DNA of 64,000 nucleotides, from the NCBI RefSeq assembly GCF_009914755.1, contig NC_060938.1, one strand, 5' to 3'. Positions 1 to 14,190 of the stretch are shown here, piece by piece. The notes below the pieces were generated by a model. The model saw nothing but the letters and a program-made list of their open reading frames with translations, did not search any database and was not told the origin of the DNA. The DNA is from the human T2T-CHM13v2.0 reference genome, Homo sapiens. Numbering within the stretch: position 1 is the first letter of the stretch; each line of letters opens with the position of its first letter. The translations under genes were made by a program, and so were the position numbers.

Positions 1-240
1 TTATTCTGTGTCATACAGGTAATATCTATGGCCACCAGATTCTGTGCTAATAAGCACTTTGCATATTTTTATATTTGTAGTTGTTATTGTAACAGAAGGT
101 ATTTCTTCTTTCTTTTACTGCTACTACACCACCTTGCCCTAACAATAATGAGAGTTCAAATACAGAGTGCTTATTCTGTGTCATACAGGTAATATCTATG
201 GCCACCAGATTCTGTGCTAATAAGCACTTTGCATATTTTT
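1..240. repeat. Direct duplication with 170-bp period (1-70 identical to 171-240)
   Basis: 70/70 nt exact match ttattctgtg...gcatattttt; the left copy is cut by the window edge. Confidence 0.95.
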
Positions 241-420
241 TTTTACTTTCCCTCACAACAGTTTCACAAGGTAGGGCTTTTATCATTTCCATTTTCAGAT
301 GAGGCGTGTGAGGCACAGAGTGTTAAGTAACCTCCCCAGGGTCACACAGCCGGTGAGAAGTGGAGTGAAGACACGCCTGGGTCTGTCTAATGCCGGAGCT
401 TCCTTTCATAACTACCACAC
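143..420 (-). mobile_element. MIR SINE
   Basis: Reverse-strand MIR core: cattttcagatgagg...tgaggcacagagtgttaagtaacctccccagggtcacacagc. Confidence 0.8.
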
Positions 421-1814
421 TCTACTGCCTTCGTTACCCTATAGGGTACCATCTAGAACTGGAAATGACGACCAAGAAGGAAGGAAATCTCACTAAAGGG
501 CTGGTAAAATAATCAATATAACCACCATTCAGCCAAAAATACACACGCAGGTGTTGAAATATTGGCTTTTTGATTTCTGAAATGCTGATGACTGTAAGTG
601 AACAGCCTGTACTTCAGGCAAAGGTGATTCTTTTTTAAGTAACTGAATTCCTGAATCAGGTCTCTCCTCCTTAAAGTTCCTGTTAGACTGTTTTTAATAT
701 CACAGCAGGCCTTAGCAGAAGAACTGTTGGCATTTTCATTAGTTGTCTTACATTTGCATTTCAAACAAACATTCTGATTGTTTGCCTCATAGATTTTGCC
801 TGGTCTAATGGCCGTTAGTGATCATTATTAAATGGAACTGTCTAAAGATTTCACAAGTTTGTTTGGATTTCATAGGCCTTTTTTTTAAATAAGAAAGTCA
901 CACAGTCATCTCTAATATTAAAATACATTTAATCTAGGTATAAAACACCAATTAAAAAAACATTAAACTTGGTCTTTAAATGTGAACCCAAGGAAGAGCA
1001 CTGGCCTGTGCATTTGGAGGCCTGGAACATGCACCCTGCAATGTGGCTCCAGATAAATGATTCACTGTCTCTGAGCTTTAGGGAGAAACCTGTAAAATGG
1101 AACTGTAGATAAGTACCGTTTCCATGCAGTTCTTCAAATTCAGTATTCTGTCGAAAGGATGATCCTGGATTTGCTGGTGGTTTTTCCATGAGAGTGTTAC
1201 TTAGGAGAAATGCAAAAGATATAGATAAAGATAAGCTAGAACCAGTGACAGATTTTTTCGCTTAAGTAGGCCTGCAAGCCTCCTTCCACATGATGTGAAA
1301 TAGTCACTCATCCTGGAGACTTGGACAGTAATATACCCAGTAGTGACAATTATCCAGGAAGGAGCTGGGGATTTAAACAACTGTAGTAGTGGTACTCTAT
1401 TTTTAAGTTCATGTGTCTGTGTACAGAGAATTTTGCATGCATTCATCCATCGTTTTTAAGGGCCTACCACATAGATGTTATTTTTGAGGAAATATTTTTC
1501 CCTATATATTATGGATGAATTGTATTGTCAAACTCCACCTGAAACCATTTCATTCTCATAGGCTCTCATTTGGTTAATTGCAAAATATGGTGAACTGCTA
1601 AATGTCTTTTGCTTTTAGGGGGTGGCTCAGTTGCACCATAGTTTACCAAGATATAGTTAGTAGTGCTTAACCAATAATTCAGCAAGCTGACTATATACAA
1701 TAATTCCATCCATAGTCAATTAGTTCATATTCTTTATCTACAAAAGCTGAATTCTGATGGCTCAAATCATTTTAAAGTTAAAATAGGCTTCTTAACCACA
1801 GACTTACAATAATA

Positions 1815-2051
1815 TTAATAATAACTCACTGTGATTACAAAAATCTACTGAATGTTAACTATGTGTTAGATACTATTCTAGCACTTAACATGTGTTTAAC
1901 TTATCTATTCTCACAACCCGATGAGGTAAATTCTATTGCCCTATTTGATAGATGTAGAAACTGAGGCACAGAGATGCATGAGATAACCTGCCAGTGTCAC
2001 ACAACTGCTAAGTGATGTTGGTCAGGTCTCCAAAGCCCACATTCTTAACCA
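1815..2051 (-). mobile_element. MIR SINE
   Basis: tagatgtagaaactgaggcacagag...acctgccagtgtcacacaactgctaagtg...ctccaaagcccacattcttaacca. Confidence 0.85.
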
Positions 2052-2087
2052 ACTTAAAATTATCCATCTGGGGCCATAGAAGGTATT

Positions 2088-2106
2088 TGTTGTTGTTGTT
2101 GTTGTT
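2088..2106. repeat. (TTG)n microsatellite
   Basis: About six TTG units. Confidence 0.85.
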
Positions 2107-2699
2107 AAAAAATACTTCATTGTTTTCACCAAATAACAGTGGGGTTGATTGTACCATGTTTGTAAAAAGGGAAGGAAAAAGCAGATAGCATCACCCCTTT
2201 AGTAAAAAAATACTTGAGGGAATGTTGTCTTAAATATCAAAATAAGCCTGCCTTTAAGAGTTGCTTTTTTTTCCTTTTGGCTTCATTTTCAGTTTTTCTC
2301 TAATGGCTTTACACCTCCTCTGTCCTACAGAAGTGAAAGCCCTCCTTGGCCCATTCTGACTCATAGTTACCTGTCAGTTCTGTTCTCAGTGGAGACAGCT
2401 TTCCTGGAACCCTCCCCTCCTTCACTACACTTGGAGCCTGCTCTCCAGGTCTGCTCACAGCCGGGGTCCTGCTGGCTCTGTGTCTTTCCCATTAGAGGCT
2501 TTCCCAAGTGTCTGATGATATTTGGATGTCTGTTCACAGGGAGGGCCAGCTGGAGTCTGGAAGTGGGGAAGGATGGGACTCAAGAAGCCTGGGCCTAGGT
2601 GTAGGATGATTGAATTGGGGCAAGGCAGGGTCTTCTGGGGATGCGTCTCCTGATGTTCTGCAGTGGTGGGAAGTACACAGCATATCATCTGTGAAGTCT

Positions 2700-3452
<753 letters not shown>

Positions 3453-3576
3453 CTATTTGATTTATTAGGAAAACATTAATTTCTCAGAGTTGGACAGTGA
3501 AGGACAAAGCAGTGATTAAAAATGCAGTGAAACAATGAAAACATGATGTTTATGAGGCCATTTATTAGCCTGATAA

Positions 3577-4660
3577 TTCATTAACCAAAGATTTATTGAG
3601 TACCTGCTAAGTCTGCCCTTACTGTGCCAGGTGCTCCTGAGCAAGATAGATCTCAGTCCTCATCTTGGTCAACTCTGCAGCCCAATACAAGTACAAGTAA
3701 TTAGGGCTGTTGTTTTGGAAAGGGATTATGGCTATATATACAGGAGGTCTCACCCTACTCTAAATTAGAGTATAGAAAATCGGTGACTTTTCAGCTGAGT
3801 CTCTCACCCATAAAAAGATTAGGATTTAACTGTTAAAGGGTGAGTGGATAGAAGGGGGATAGAGAAAATGACAAATGAAGGAGAAACAGCCAGTACAAAG
3901 GCCCTGCTTTAGCAAGAAAAAATAATGGCAGTTCCCTGCCTCTGGGAGGGGTCAGGAAGGGAGATCTGAGCAGTAAGCAGGGCTGAGCTCCTGGGAGGAC
4001 CTGCCAGCCCAAATATCAGGCAGGCGTTAGAGGGCTTGTTCAACAGGGGCCGATTGATGGGAACGAATATCCATTTTTGAACAGTCACATTGGTGATTGC
4101 TTTGATGTTATAGAGATGATTAAAGATCTCAAAGTTGGTGAATACTTGGAGATCAGTTAGAAGCTATTGTCCAGGCAAGGTGATGTGATTTAGACTGAGT
4201 TGTTTTAGACCGAATTGGTGGCAGCAAAACTAAAGAGTAGGTGACAGCTTAGAGTGATATTCATATAGTAGGTTAATGTGGATGCTTGGATCAGTCCTTA
4301 GGTTGTCTTGATGTGGCAGCTAAGAGAGCCGGAAAAGGCTGGGGCCACTCTGAGCTTCTGACTTGAAGAAATGGAAGGATAATGTGAATTTGGAGGAGGA
4401 CCATGGTCTTTTTCTTGGAGGGAGTAGAACGGGGGAGAAGATGACTGCGGTTTGCGGTATGATGAATTTGAGGCATCTGTAAGACCTGAAGTGCTGGCAT
4501 TCAGAAGGCTTAAAATGTATGGGTGTGGAGCTTGGAAGTGGGGTTTGGGTAAGATTAGGGAGTTTTTCATAAAGATGGTGTTTGGAGAAAGAGGAAATGA
4601 CTCCCCTGGAAAGGACTTTTAAACTGTTAAGAAGAGGGCCTGGAAAAGAGGTGGGAGTCT
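3577..4660 (-). mobile_element. L2 LINE fragments
   Basis: attcattaaccaaagatttattgagtacctgct...tgtgccaggtgct is the reverse L2 3' end, followed by purine-rich degenerate L2 body; extent approximate. Confidence 0.6.
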
Positions 4661-4707
4661 ATGAGTTAGGGTCTGGAGGGTGGGAAGAGAATCTGAAAGT
4701 GCTTTAT

Positions 4708-4982
4708 TAATCCCAGCACTTTGAGACGCCAAGGTGGGTGGATCATGAGGTTAGATCGAGACCATCGCGGCTAACATGGTGAAACCCTGTCTCTACTAAA
4801 AATACAAAAAAGTAGCCAGGCGTGGTGGCACGAGCCTGTAGTCCCAGCTACTTGGGAGGCTGAGGCAGGAGAATCGATTGACATGGGAGGCGGAGGGTGC
4901 AGTGAGCCGAGACCATGCCACTGCACCGCAGCCTGGGTGACAGAGCGAGACTCCCTGTCAAAAAAAAAAAAAAAAAAAGAAA
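4708..4982 (+). mobile_element. Alu (AluSc/AluY-like), slightly 5'-truncated
   Basis: taatcccagcacttt...accatcgcggctaacatggtgaaaccc...A-tail; TSD gaaagtgcttta at 4695-4706 and 4983-4994. Confidence 0.95.
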
Positions 4983-7900
4983 GAAAGTGCTTTAAAACCA
5001 GGGAGTGGGTAGCAGACTCAGGCTGCGAGAGGTCAGGAAGAGAGGACTGAGAAGCCTGCTAGCTTTGCCAGTGCAAGGGTCATGGGGACCCTGTGGGGTG
5101 CTCTTTGACTAGAACATGGAGCGCTGGAGAAGTTACGGGTACATGCTACCGTGAGTGGACTGTGAGGTGGGAGGCAGTGAAGACATGGAGACGGCAAGCC
5201 AGGAATGCATGCAATTTGGGAACAGAAGATCAAAGAGTGATACTGGTAGTGTAGTGGAGTCAAGGAAGGATTTACTCATATATATTTTTTAATGTGAACG
5301 AGTCTTGCTTAAGTGAGCCTATGGGGTCATGAGCCTGTAGGGGAGGGGGAAGATTGAAAATTCAGCAGGGAAGAGTTGATTGAGCTGGATCCTAGAGAAG
5401 GCAGGAGTGACCTGAGCTTAGCTAGGACTGGACTGAAGAAGCATGAAATCCTCTTTTTTGTAATAAGGTTGTCGGGGCGTGGGGTTAAGGGGAAGCTTGG
5501 AAGCTTAGATAAAGGCAGTAATTCTATAGAAAGTTAAAATGAATGTTTGAATAGCAAAACTATTTGGTAGTTTTGAAAGTAAATAAAATGTTTTGCTGTC
5601 AGATAGTGTTTATGTGGAGCTGAAGACTTGGATGCCCCTTTGAAGAGCACAGCACCATTGCAAGGGGCTGCTGCAAGGACCTCTGATCGCTTTGAGGGCC
5701 CTTGTGCTTAGGGTTGCCTCCGTCACACACACCTGACCCTGCACTGGGTGCTGGATGTTGGAGATAGGAAGTAATTGGGAGAAGGAGGGGAGCAATTAAC
5801 TAAATACAGCTGAAATAAAAGGCTGCTCTAAGTATCATGGGTATCTAAGAGGGTAATTGGAGAGTTGGATTTTTTTTTCCTGTGGACTAATCAGTAACCA
5901 TTATTTTGATGCATGAAAAGAACTACAGATAACTACCAAATAGCAGTTAGCTTTCAAACCGGCGCTCCCAGGAGGAAGTGTGGCAACTATTCAGAAGTTC
6001 ACTGTCTTTTGCAAAGGCTGAGTACTGAAGTGACACACTTCATTTACTAGAGTATTTGCAGTAGGAAGGTGACCTAATGAGAACAAATGGTAACTTCAGG
6101 AGCTTTCTCATCTTCTGATTACAGGGTGGTGCTTCAGATTACTTCCCTGTACTTGATCAAAAGAGATGTGTTGTGACTTGTTAGTAGAATTAATCAGAAA
6201 AACACAAAAGTTGTATTAGAATGTGGGTCTGCATTTCTCTCTTCCATTTCCCTTTCAAGAAAAATTTTAAGTTATTCTTAATTGACAAAAGTATCTCTTC
6301 TACCTGTCCCAACTTTACAACATTCTCCTTCACCAAATGGATTATACTTTGTAAACGTTTTAAGAGGTTCTTTCCAGTTTAACCTTAGTGTTTTGGTCAT
6401 ACGAAGCGCTCCAGTAAGTTGTCATTTCAGAGTTCAGTAAATGACTCTTTTAATGTGTTATTTCTATTTCCTATATTCCATTAAAAGCCACTTTGTTTTT
6501 CTAATGGTTCTACATTCCTAGAATACACAATCAGAGTGGTTTCCCTTCAGATGTTTTAAAATAACATAAAAATCCTGGACTTTATCACCAGCCCGTGCAG
6601 TATTCTATGGCTTTTTTCTTTCCTCCTTGATCGTTTTTTTTGTTTGTTTGTTTCCTGCTGTTGAGTGTTTTATCAATCTAATACCAATTTTCCTCTTGGT
6701 TTATGGCTCTCATACACTGACTGTTAACCTTTGATATGGAACTCTGTCAAGTATTTTCTGAATTCCAAGATCACTGCCACTCCTTTGATTAAACTTGTCT
6801 GTATTATCCTCAGAGGGATTTGCTGCATGTTATGTGAGAATGACTTGCCATTCCTGAAAGCGTGTTGGCTATGCCTAATCAAAATGTGCTCAACAAGTTA
6901 TCAAATAAAGGTTCTTAGTTTTCAGTGATTACATGGGTATTCAATTGTAATTCTGCAGAGAAATCCTGGAGAGGTGGTTTAAATTAATAACAAAAATTAC
7001 CACCCCAGAGCAGAGTGAACATACGACTTTAAGATTCATGAATGGTATCTTTTCTCCTCACCCTTAGACACATGCTAAGATTACTAGATTACTAGTATTA
7101 ATAAATACTGTACTTTGTACATTGACCACAAAGCTGGGAGAGAAAAAAAATAACTGAATAATCTCTATATAAACCTTAATGTTCCTGTCATTGTCATCAT
7201 ATCAAAATCAGAACAGCTTCTGCTATTGACTGCTGTGTTCTAGTCACTATGCTAATAATTTTATATATATTATTTAATTGCTCCAACAGATATTTTTTGA
7301 TCACCTACTATGTACCAGATACTATGGTAGCTACTGAGGATATTATACTCATTACCCACAAGGGATTTATAATTTAATAGGAGACTCCAGCAAGAAAATT
7401 TGAAGTCCCACTAGAACATGGTATTATTGGGGTATATTAGGAACAGGAGCCAACTTTCTAGCATGTTCATTTTCCTTTAGCAAACTGTATTTACATAGAA
7501 ATGAGACTTACATAGTGTGGATAAAGCACAATTCAGCTTTAACATCCCCTAGACCTACTCAGGGGAAGCAGATAGGGAGATTGCTAGGAAAAGAGGGCTG
7601 GTAAGGGTTACAGAGCCCCTCACTCCAGGTAGGATTCAGCACCAGCTAAAGGCCAAAAGGGATAGAAACTGTAAAGACAGCCGAGGCTTTTCTTGTCTGG
7701 CCAGAAGGTAAAGAGTGCCTGCATCCACAGGGTTCACCAGCAGAGAGCAGGAACTCTGAGCAGGATGGTACCTCATTATCTTTGGCTGTCCTAGGGACAT
7801 GGCCATCATGCCTTCTCTCAGGACAGACTGTGGACCTTTATCCAAATGACAGGCACGTTGGAGGTTGTCAGGTATTCAGGCTGGGACTCAGAAGGCAAAC

Positions 7901-8384
7901 ATAAAACTCTAATCTTTTCCAGACATATAAGTTGTAAAAGCCAGACATCTCTTGCATGTCAGACACTGCATTGGTGCCTACATTCAAAGTGCTGTGTTAT
8001 CAAGGTGCATCAGCCAGCTTTATAGCCACAGCTTTAACAGCTTAGGAGTTGTCTGGTGAGCAAAGAAAGAGTCATTCTTGAGTGCTTGCCATGATGAGGG
8101 CAGGCGCTAATGGGGAAGGAATTGTCTCAAGAGCTCCTACTAAAGTCATTGACCATAGCATGCAGGTGCTATGGAAGTGCCCAGGGTGGCAGTCTAACTA
8201 GTTTCAGGGAGACAGAGAGGACTTTCCAGAAGAGATGTCATCTAAGACCTGAAAAATAAATTTGGATGGAGGAGTGTGAGGAGGAGATGGGAAATGACTG
8301 TTCAGACAGGCACAGCAGAATCTGCTCTAAGAACTAAAAGTATTTCTCTTTCACTGGAAGGTGTAGGAGAATGGGGGTGCTGCA

Positions 8385-9656
8385 ATACGATTGCATTTGC
8401 CTTTTTTCCTTGTGTTGACATTTGCACTAATGATGCAAAAGCAATGGTGGGTAAAACTGCTGGCACTTTAGCATGAATCAATGCAGTGGCTCCAAACCGT
8501 AGTCATTTTATTCTTCATTGCCACAAAGTATCTGCAGTGAAAAAAATGCGGTTTCATTTGTAGAAGCAATAACATTATTTTTATTAAATCTCCACCCTTG
8601 AGTACTCACGAGTTTTTATTATGCATGATGAAATGGGAAGTACATAGATAGAACTTTTGTCACATACCAAAGCATGATGGTTATCTCTAAGAAAAGCACT
8701 TGTGCAGTTGTTTTACTTGCAAGCTGAACTCACCACTTTCATAGAAAACCATTTTTACCTAAAAGAATGACATACAAATATGGTTATTCAGACTTGGGTA
8801 TTTGGCAACCATTTTCTATAGGGAAATTACAGGAAAATTTTGTTACCAGCGTTAAAATTTAAGCTTTCAAGCAAAAATTAGGATTTTGGAAAACTTGTAT
8901 CTGCTACCAAGACTTGACAGTTCCGAATACTTAATATTTTTCTGATGAAGTTGGTGGTGATATTAATAAATGTGATATTTTGATAAGTATAATGAAATAT
9001 GTCAACATTTGTAAGACCTGCATAACTCAGTGAATTAATATTTCCCAAATGATCAATGCATGATGTTACAGAGTAGTACATAGTTAAAAGATTAATTCAA
9101 AGTATAAATTACACCAATGGATTCTAACATCACAGAGTAAGAAAAGCTCATTGATGTAGTTTCAGACTCCACATTGCAACTGACCTTTAAGAAGTGACCC
9201 CCACTTGCTGAGTTTGGTGTAGTACCACAGCAGCGTCTGCCGTTTTCTGAAAAGGCTATTAAAAATTACCCCTTTTTCCAATTATATATCTACGTAAAGG
9301 AAGATTTTCTTCATATACTTTCAACCCAATCGATGTGTTGCAACAGACTCAGTGCAGAAGCAGATATGAGAATTGAGTCAGACATTAGAGAGATTTGTAA
9401 AAATGTAAAACAACATCACTCTTCCAGTAATTTGTTTTCATTTTGGAAAATAGGTTTTTTTAATAAAATATTTCGTGGTAGTATGTATTGTGGTTACTAT
9501 TGTTTTTTGTAAGCGAATAAATGAATAAAAATTTTTAATTTTAATTTATAATATGGTAAATGCCCACAGATATATGAACAAAAGCTTTTGGGGATTTTTC
9601 AGTCATTTTTAGAGAGTGTAAAGAAGTCTTGAGACTAACGCATTTGAGAACCAATG
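8385..9656 (+). mobile_element. hAT-Charlie DNA transposon (Charlie1-type), internally deleted
   Basis: Degenerate transposase peptide CVDICTNDAKAMVGK (ORF 8276-8476) resembles the hAT CxxICTDGAxAM motif; 3' end tttgagaaccaatg matches the reverse complement of the Charlie TIR CAGTGGTTCTCAAA with one mismatch. Confidence 0.85.
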
Positions 9657-9879
9657 ATTTGAATATTTGAAACTGAAAAGCATTTAATAAGGGAATTAGT
9701 TGCTTGCCAAGCCATTTGAAGGGCTGGAGGACCAATACCTGGGAAGGCCCTCACTAACTCTTAGGTTTGCCACTGGTTTTCAAAGAACTGGGAAATTGCT
9801 AGCGCAGCAGGGTCAGGAACTACCGGAAATCCTGGGTAATTTGTACCAGGTGAAAGGAGATAAAGAGTTGAAGTTAAAC

Positions 9880-10405
9880 CCAGGATTCATGATTGGATCT
9901 TGGACTGGAGGAAATGCAAATGATACAAGGCATTACTGGGGAAATCAGGGAAATTTGAATGTGGGTGTATATTAGACATTGTTATATTAATGTCAAATTT
10001 CTTTAGTGTGATAATGGTACTGTGGTTATGTAGGGTAAATTTTGCCTGGTTCTTAGAAGCATGCCAAAGTATTTAGGAGTGAAATGTCACATTTCAAATT
10101 GGAAAAATGAAAAAAAAAATGTATGTTGATGAGAGGGGTGCGGAGGAGGAAGAAGAGGGAAAGAGATCAATCAGTGGATACCGTCTGCAATTGGAACTTG
10201 TGCTGTTAAGAATTAATAGTAATTAACAAAAGCAACTGCCACAAGAGTTGAAAGTGGTTTTCTTTGGGATGAGGATTGGGAAGTCAGTGTTGAAGAAGGG
10301 GCAGGTCAGTCAGTGGCTTCTGTGTTTTATTGTAAGCCTTTTAGAATGATTTTGGTTTTTTTTTTCAACTATGTACTTGTATTTCTTAAGTTAAAAATTT
10401 AAAAA
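9880..10405 (+). mobile_element. Old L1M (L1ME/MC) 3' UTR fragment
   Basis: gaaatttgaatgtgggtgtatattaga...tgtgataatggtactgtggttatgtagg...aagtatttaggagtgaaatgtc. Confidence 0.65.
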
Positions 10406-11299
10406 TCAGAGGGAAAATCCTAGAGACCAATAGGGAGGGCTTGATGAACTGCAGAAACAAAAATTGTGGAATTACCAAGTGAACAGGAGTTTGTGATCCC
10501 ATTAGTTCATATTTAAGTTTTCCAGACATAAAGATGTGATGAGACCCAGAAAATGCCCTTGGGAATAGGTGAATAGATTGAAAGTCTCTGCAATTAAGGA
10601 GGTCAGAGAACGAAAAGGCTAAGGTTCCATTTGGCCACCACATGTGTTGAAGTTTCCCACAATAATGGCATGATTTGAAGTGCTAGGCAGGCAGTGCTTG
10701 TGGTCAGCCTTCAGTCTGGGTCCCTGTGGTCGGTAAGTTGAGGGGGATGGGACTCAGCTATTTCTGTCTGACCTATGGCTGAACATCCTCAGAGTTTTCC
10801 CTTGACATAAATGAAAAGAGAATCCTTTTTTCTCTAAATAACTAAAAATAACTTTTGAATAACTTTTGCTGTTCCTTTTGGTGGTAGGTATTGCTCCCAC
10901 CCTTGGTCTTAAGTAACTACCAAGAGCATTTGGGTGCAGCTCACACATTCTGGGCATATTGTATATGCAAGATTTCTAAGCCATCCCAAAGCTGTTTTAG
11001 CCCACCGGTGGTACTTTGTCTTGCTACGCTGCCAACTGAGAAGTGCCCATAAGGACAGATAAAATCTCATCTGTGGTCATTTGCTCCATCACCGCTGTCG
11101 AGTGCTTTGATCCCTTGAGTCAATGCTGCCAGTGCTGAAGCAACTTTAGCCAGTTACTGTGAATGCCCCAATTGCACAGTTGCTGGCTGGCTGGCTCAGG
11201 CCACCCTGAAGGTCAGTGTGGAGTCACAAGATGATTGTTTTCTTCTGGCTGGTGTACAGACCTCTGAGTTGAGATGTCACAGAATTGTTGTGGCCTGTC

Positions 11300-11570
11300 A
11301 CCTTCTGTGAAGCCTTCCCTGGGTTGCCCCCTCTACTCCCACTCCCCTCCCCCATCATGTACTAGCTGAGTCAATGCTCACAGGGTGCTCAGTGTGCACC
11401 TCTTTATGCAGTATCTCACATGTTGTATAGTTATGTATTTTTAGGTATCTTTTTCAACCTTGTTGGGATAGAGAATGTGAATGATGCCTGTATCTTCAGC
11501 TCTAGTCATAGTACTTGTCATCAAGTGCAAAATATATATTTTTGGGGTGGATAGATGGGTGAATATAAAT
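11300..11570 (+). mobile_element. L2 3' fragment
   Basis: ccttctgtgaagccttccct...tatcttcagctctagtcatagtacttgtcatcaagtgc. Confidence 0.5.
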
Positions 11571-13737
11571 AAGATGGACATTAGACTTACATCAAAGTTT
11601 TAGAGAAATTTCATTATAAAAGTATTAAACAAATGTGTGTTATTTTTGTATTGTTATTTACAGCTGATAAGGTTGCCAGATGGCTGAATTCCAAGTCGTG
11701 GGTGGTGTGGAGATGCTATTTAAAAGGCTCTTTTTTTTTACTTTTTGGTATATCTAGGCAATCCATCTCTTCTTTTTTTAAGAGGAAAAATACATGTGAC
11801 CAAAACTCAAGATCCATACAGACGCATGCATGTTGGCTCTCCCCCAGGAATAGAAGTGTGATTTTGAGGACCATTGAAGTAGAAGACCCAAAGTCAAATA
11901 GCTGACTGAGACCTTCATTTAGTCAGCACATTGTATCAAGAGCCTCTTATGTGCTGGGAATAGTCCTGGTGGTTGCTATTTGGGGCAGAAAAAATTAGAG
12001 AACCAGTTGGAGTAGATGTCACCAAAGAAGAGCAAGACAGTGAAAATAGCTGGGGGAAAAATAGGACAGAGACCCCGTTTTCTTAGGACATTAGTATGTC
12101 TCCAAAGCCAGCTTGGGGAACTGTGTCTGAAGTCTACAAAACAATCCATTCTCTTACTTCATTAGGTATTGAGCATAGCTGGTTTTTCACATTCTACCCT
12201 ACGTTGCTTTGCTTTTCACAGATACTACTGCGCTGTGTTTTATTTTATTATTTTGGAAAGTGGCACTATTTCCCCCTGAACTCTCCTGCCAGGGCTGACT
12301 TTCAGTTGATCACTGAGCCTTAGCCTCTGCTCCTTAAGAAGCCCTGATGTCGTTGCCATGTGTCTTAGGCATCCCCTCTTCTTTTCCCTGCCTCCCTGGG
12401 ATGGGGGGGAGAGAGGATCTGTGCCTGGGACCATGGCCTGACCTGGCCCAGCTCCTGCAGTGGAGTTGAAGACAAAGTATGAGGCTTTCTGAGGACAACT
12501 GAAGCTCCTCAATGCTGTCTTATTGTTCTCCTTTTGTGGCATGAGGATTCTGACTTTGAGATGTTTGATCACAGTCCTGCCTGTGGCAGCTGCACTGCCA
12601 AGCTCGTGTAGCAAGTGTCTGAGTCAATCGTGCAGGGCGTTAAGACTCTTCATAACTCTTCAGTCTTCTGTCAGCAGCTCCTTTCCTACAAGTATCCTGG
12701 AGGCTGGGCCAGGACAGGGGATGTGTTCCAGTGGTCAGTCTGGGTGTGGACCAGAGGCTGAGCACACACCTGCCCCACAAGAGAGGGGAAGCTTGAGCCA
12801 TGGCTGAGACATCAAACTAAAGCCAATGGCTAGACTCTCCAGAGTTGCAGGGATGAAAAGCCAGGCTGTAGAGTGGGGTCACGAGGAGGGTCTTAGTCCA
12901 CACGTGCAGTTCGTGTGCCCTTTTCAGGAGCCCTGGCTTAGAAGTGGATGGCAGGGGCCCTTTCCTAGACCTGCAGCTTGGCAGTCATTGCCCTTCAGTC
13001 TTCTTATGGACTCAAGCCCATCTTTAAAATTATTCCTAAAACTAGAAAGTGACTGCAGGTAAACTGTCTGGAGTATCACGTTCTGAAGAATAGGAACTCT
13101 GGCACTGGGAGACATCACTTCTGGTGGTTACCTGGATGGAAATGGAAACTGTCAGGGTAATGATATCTTTTCTCCTCCAACATGTGTGGATGAAGTTACA
13201 GTTTTTATCATCATGAATTACTTTTATTTCTGTTTTGCCTCTTACTTTTTGGGCCCAGGCAGAAGCTTTGCACAGTGGAGGCAGAAGGAGATCCAGAAGG
13301 GAATTAGCTGATTGGATACCCAGAGAGGAGTACACTTTAAAAGCAGAGTCCGAGTTAACAGGCGAGAGGAGTGACTAGCCCACAGGGCAGCTTAGGGCAG
13401 TTCCTGGAGACAGAAAGAGGGAGAGGGACAAAGGCCAGATTGCTGAGAATAAGTAGAAAAAGAGCAAAGCCTGAAGCAGCATGTGGACTGTTGTCATTCA
13501 GCAGTTTGACAGTTTCATTGTAAAGAGAAGAATGGTGGTGGTGGTGTTTTAGGATGGAGGAAGCAAAAATGTGTTTGGGGGTGAGGTTAATAAGCCAGTG
13601 GTAGGGAGGCAGGCATTGAAGTAGCAAGAGAGGGGCTCAGAGTGAGCAATATTGGTGAGGGGTAGGAAGATGCCAGTAAAAAACTTAAGATTATTTATTT
13701 AGTTGGATTTCTCCTGAAGGATATATCAGTTTTCTGA

Positions 13738-14190
<453 letters not shown>

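Noticed and set aside
435-448. 14-bp palindrome taccctatagggta
   Set aside because: A few palindromes of this length are expected by chance in 64 kb.
8276-8476. Domesticated hAT transposase gene
   Set aside because: Only a short motif survives, with stops, frameshifts and internal deletion; it is a fossil Charlie element.
11110-12630. Three TGAGTCA AP-1 motifs
   Set aside because: The 7-mer count across the window is near chance expectation; no enhancer can be supported from sequence alone.
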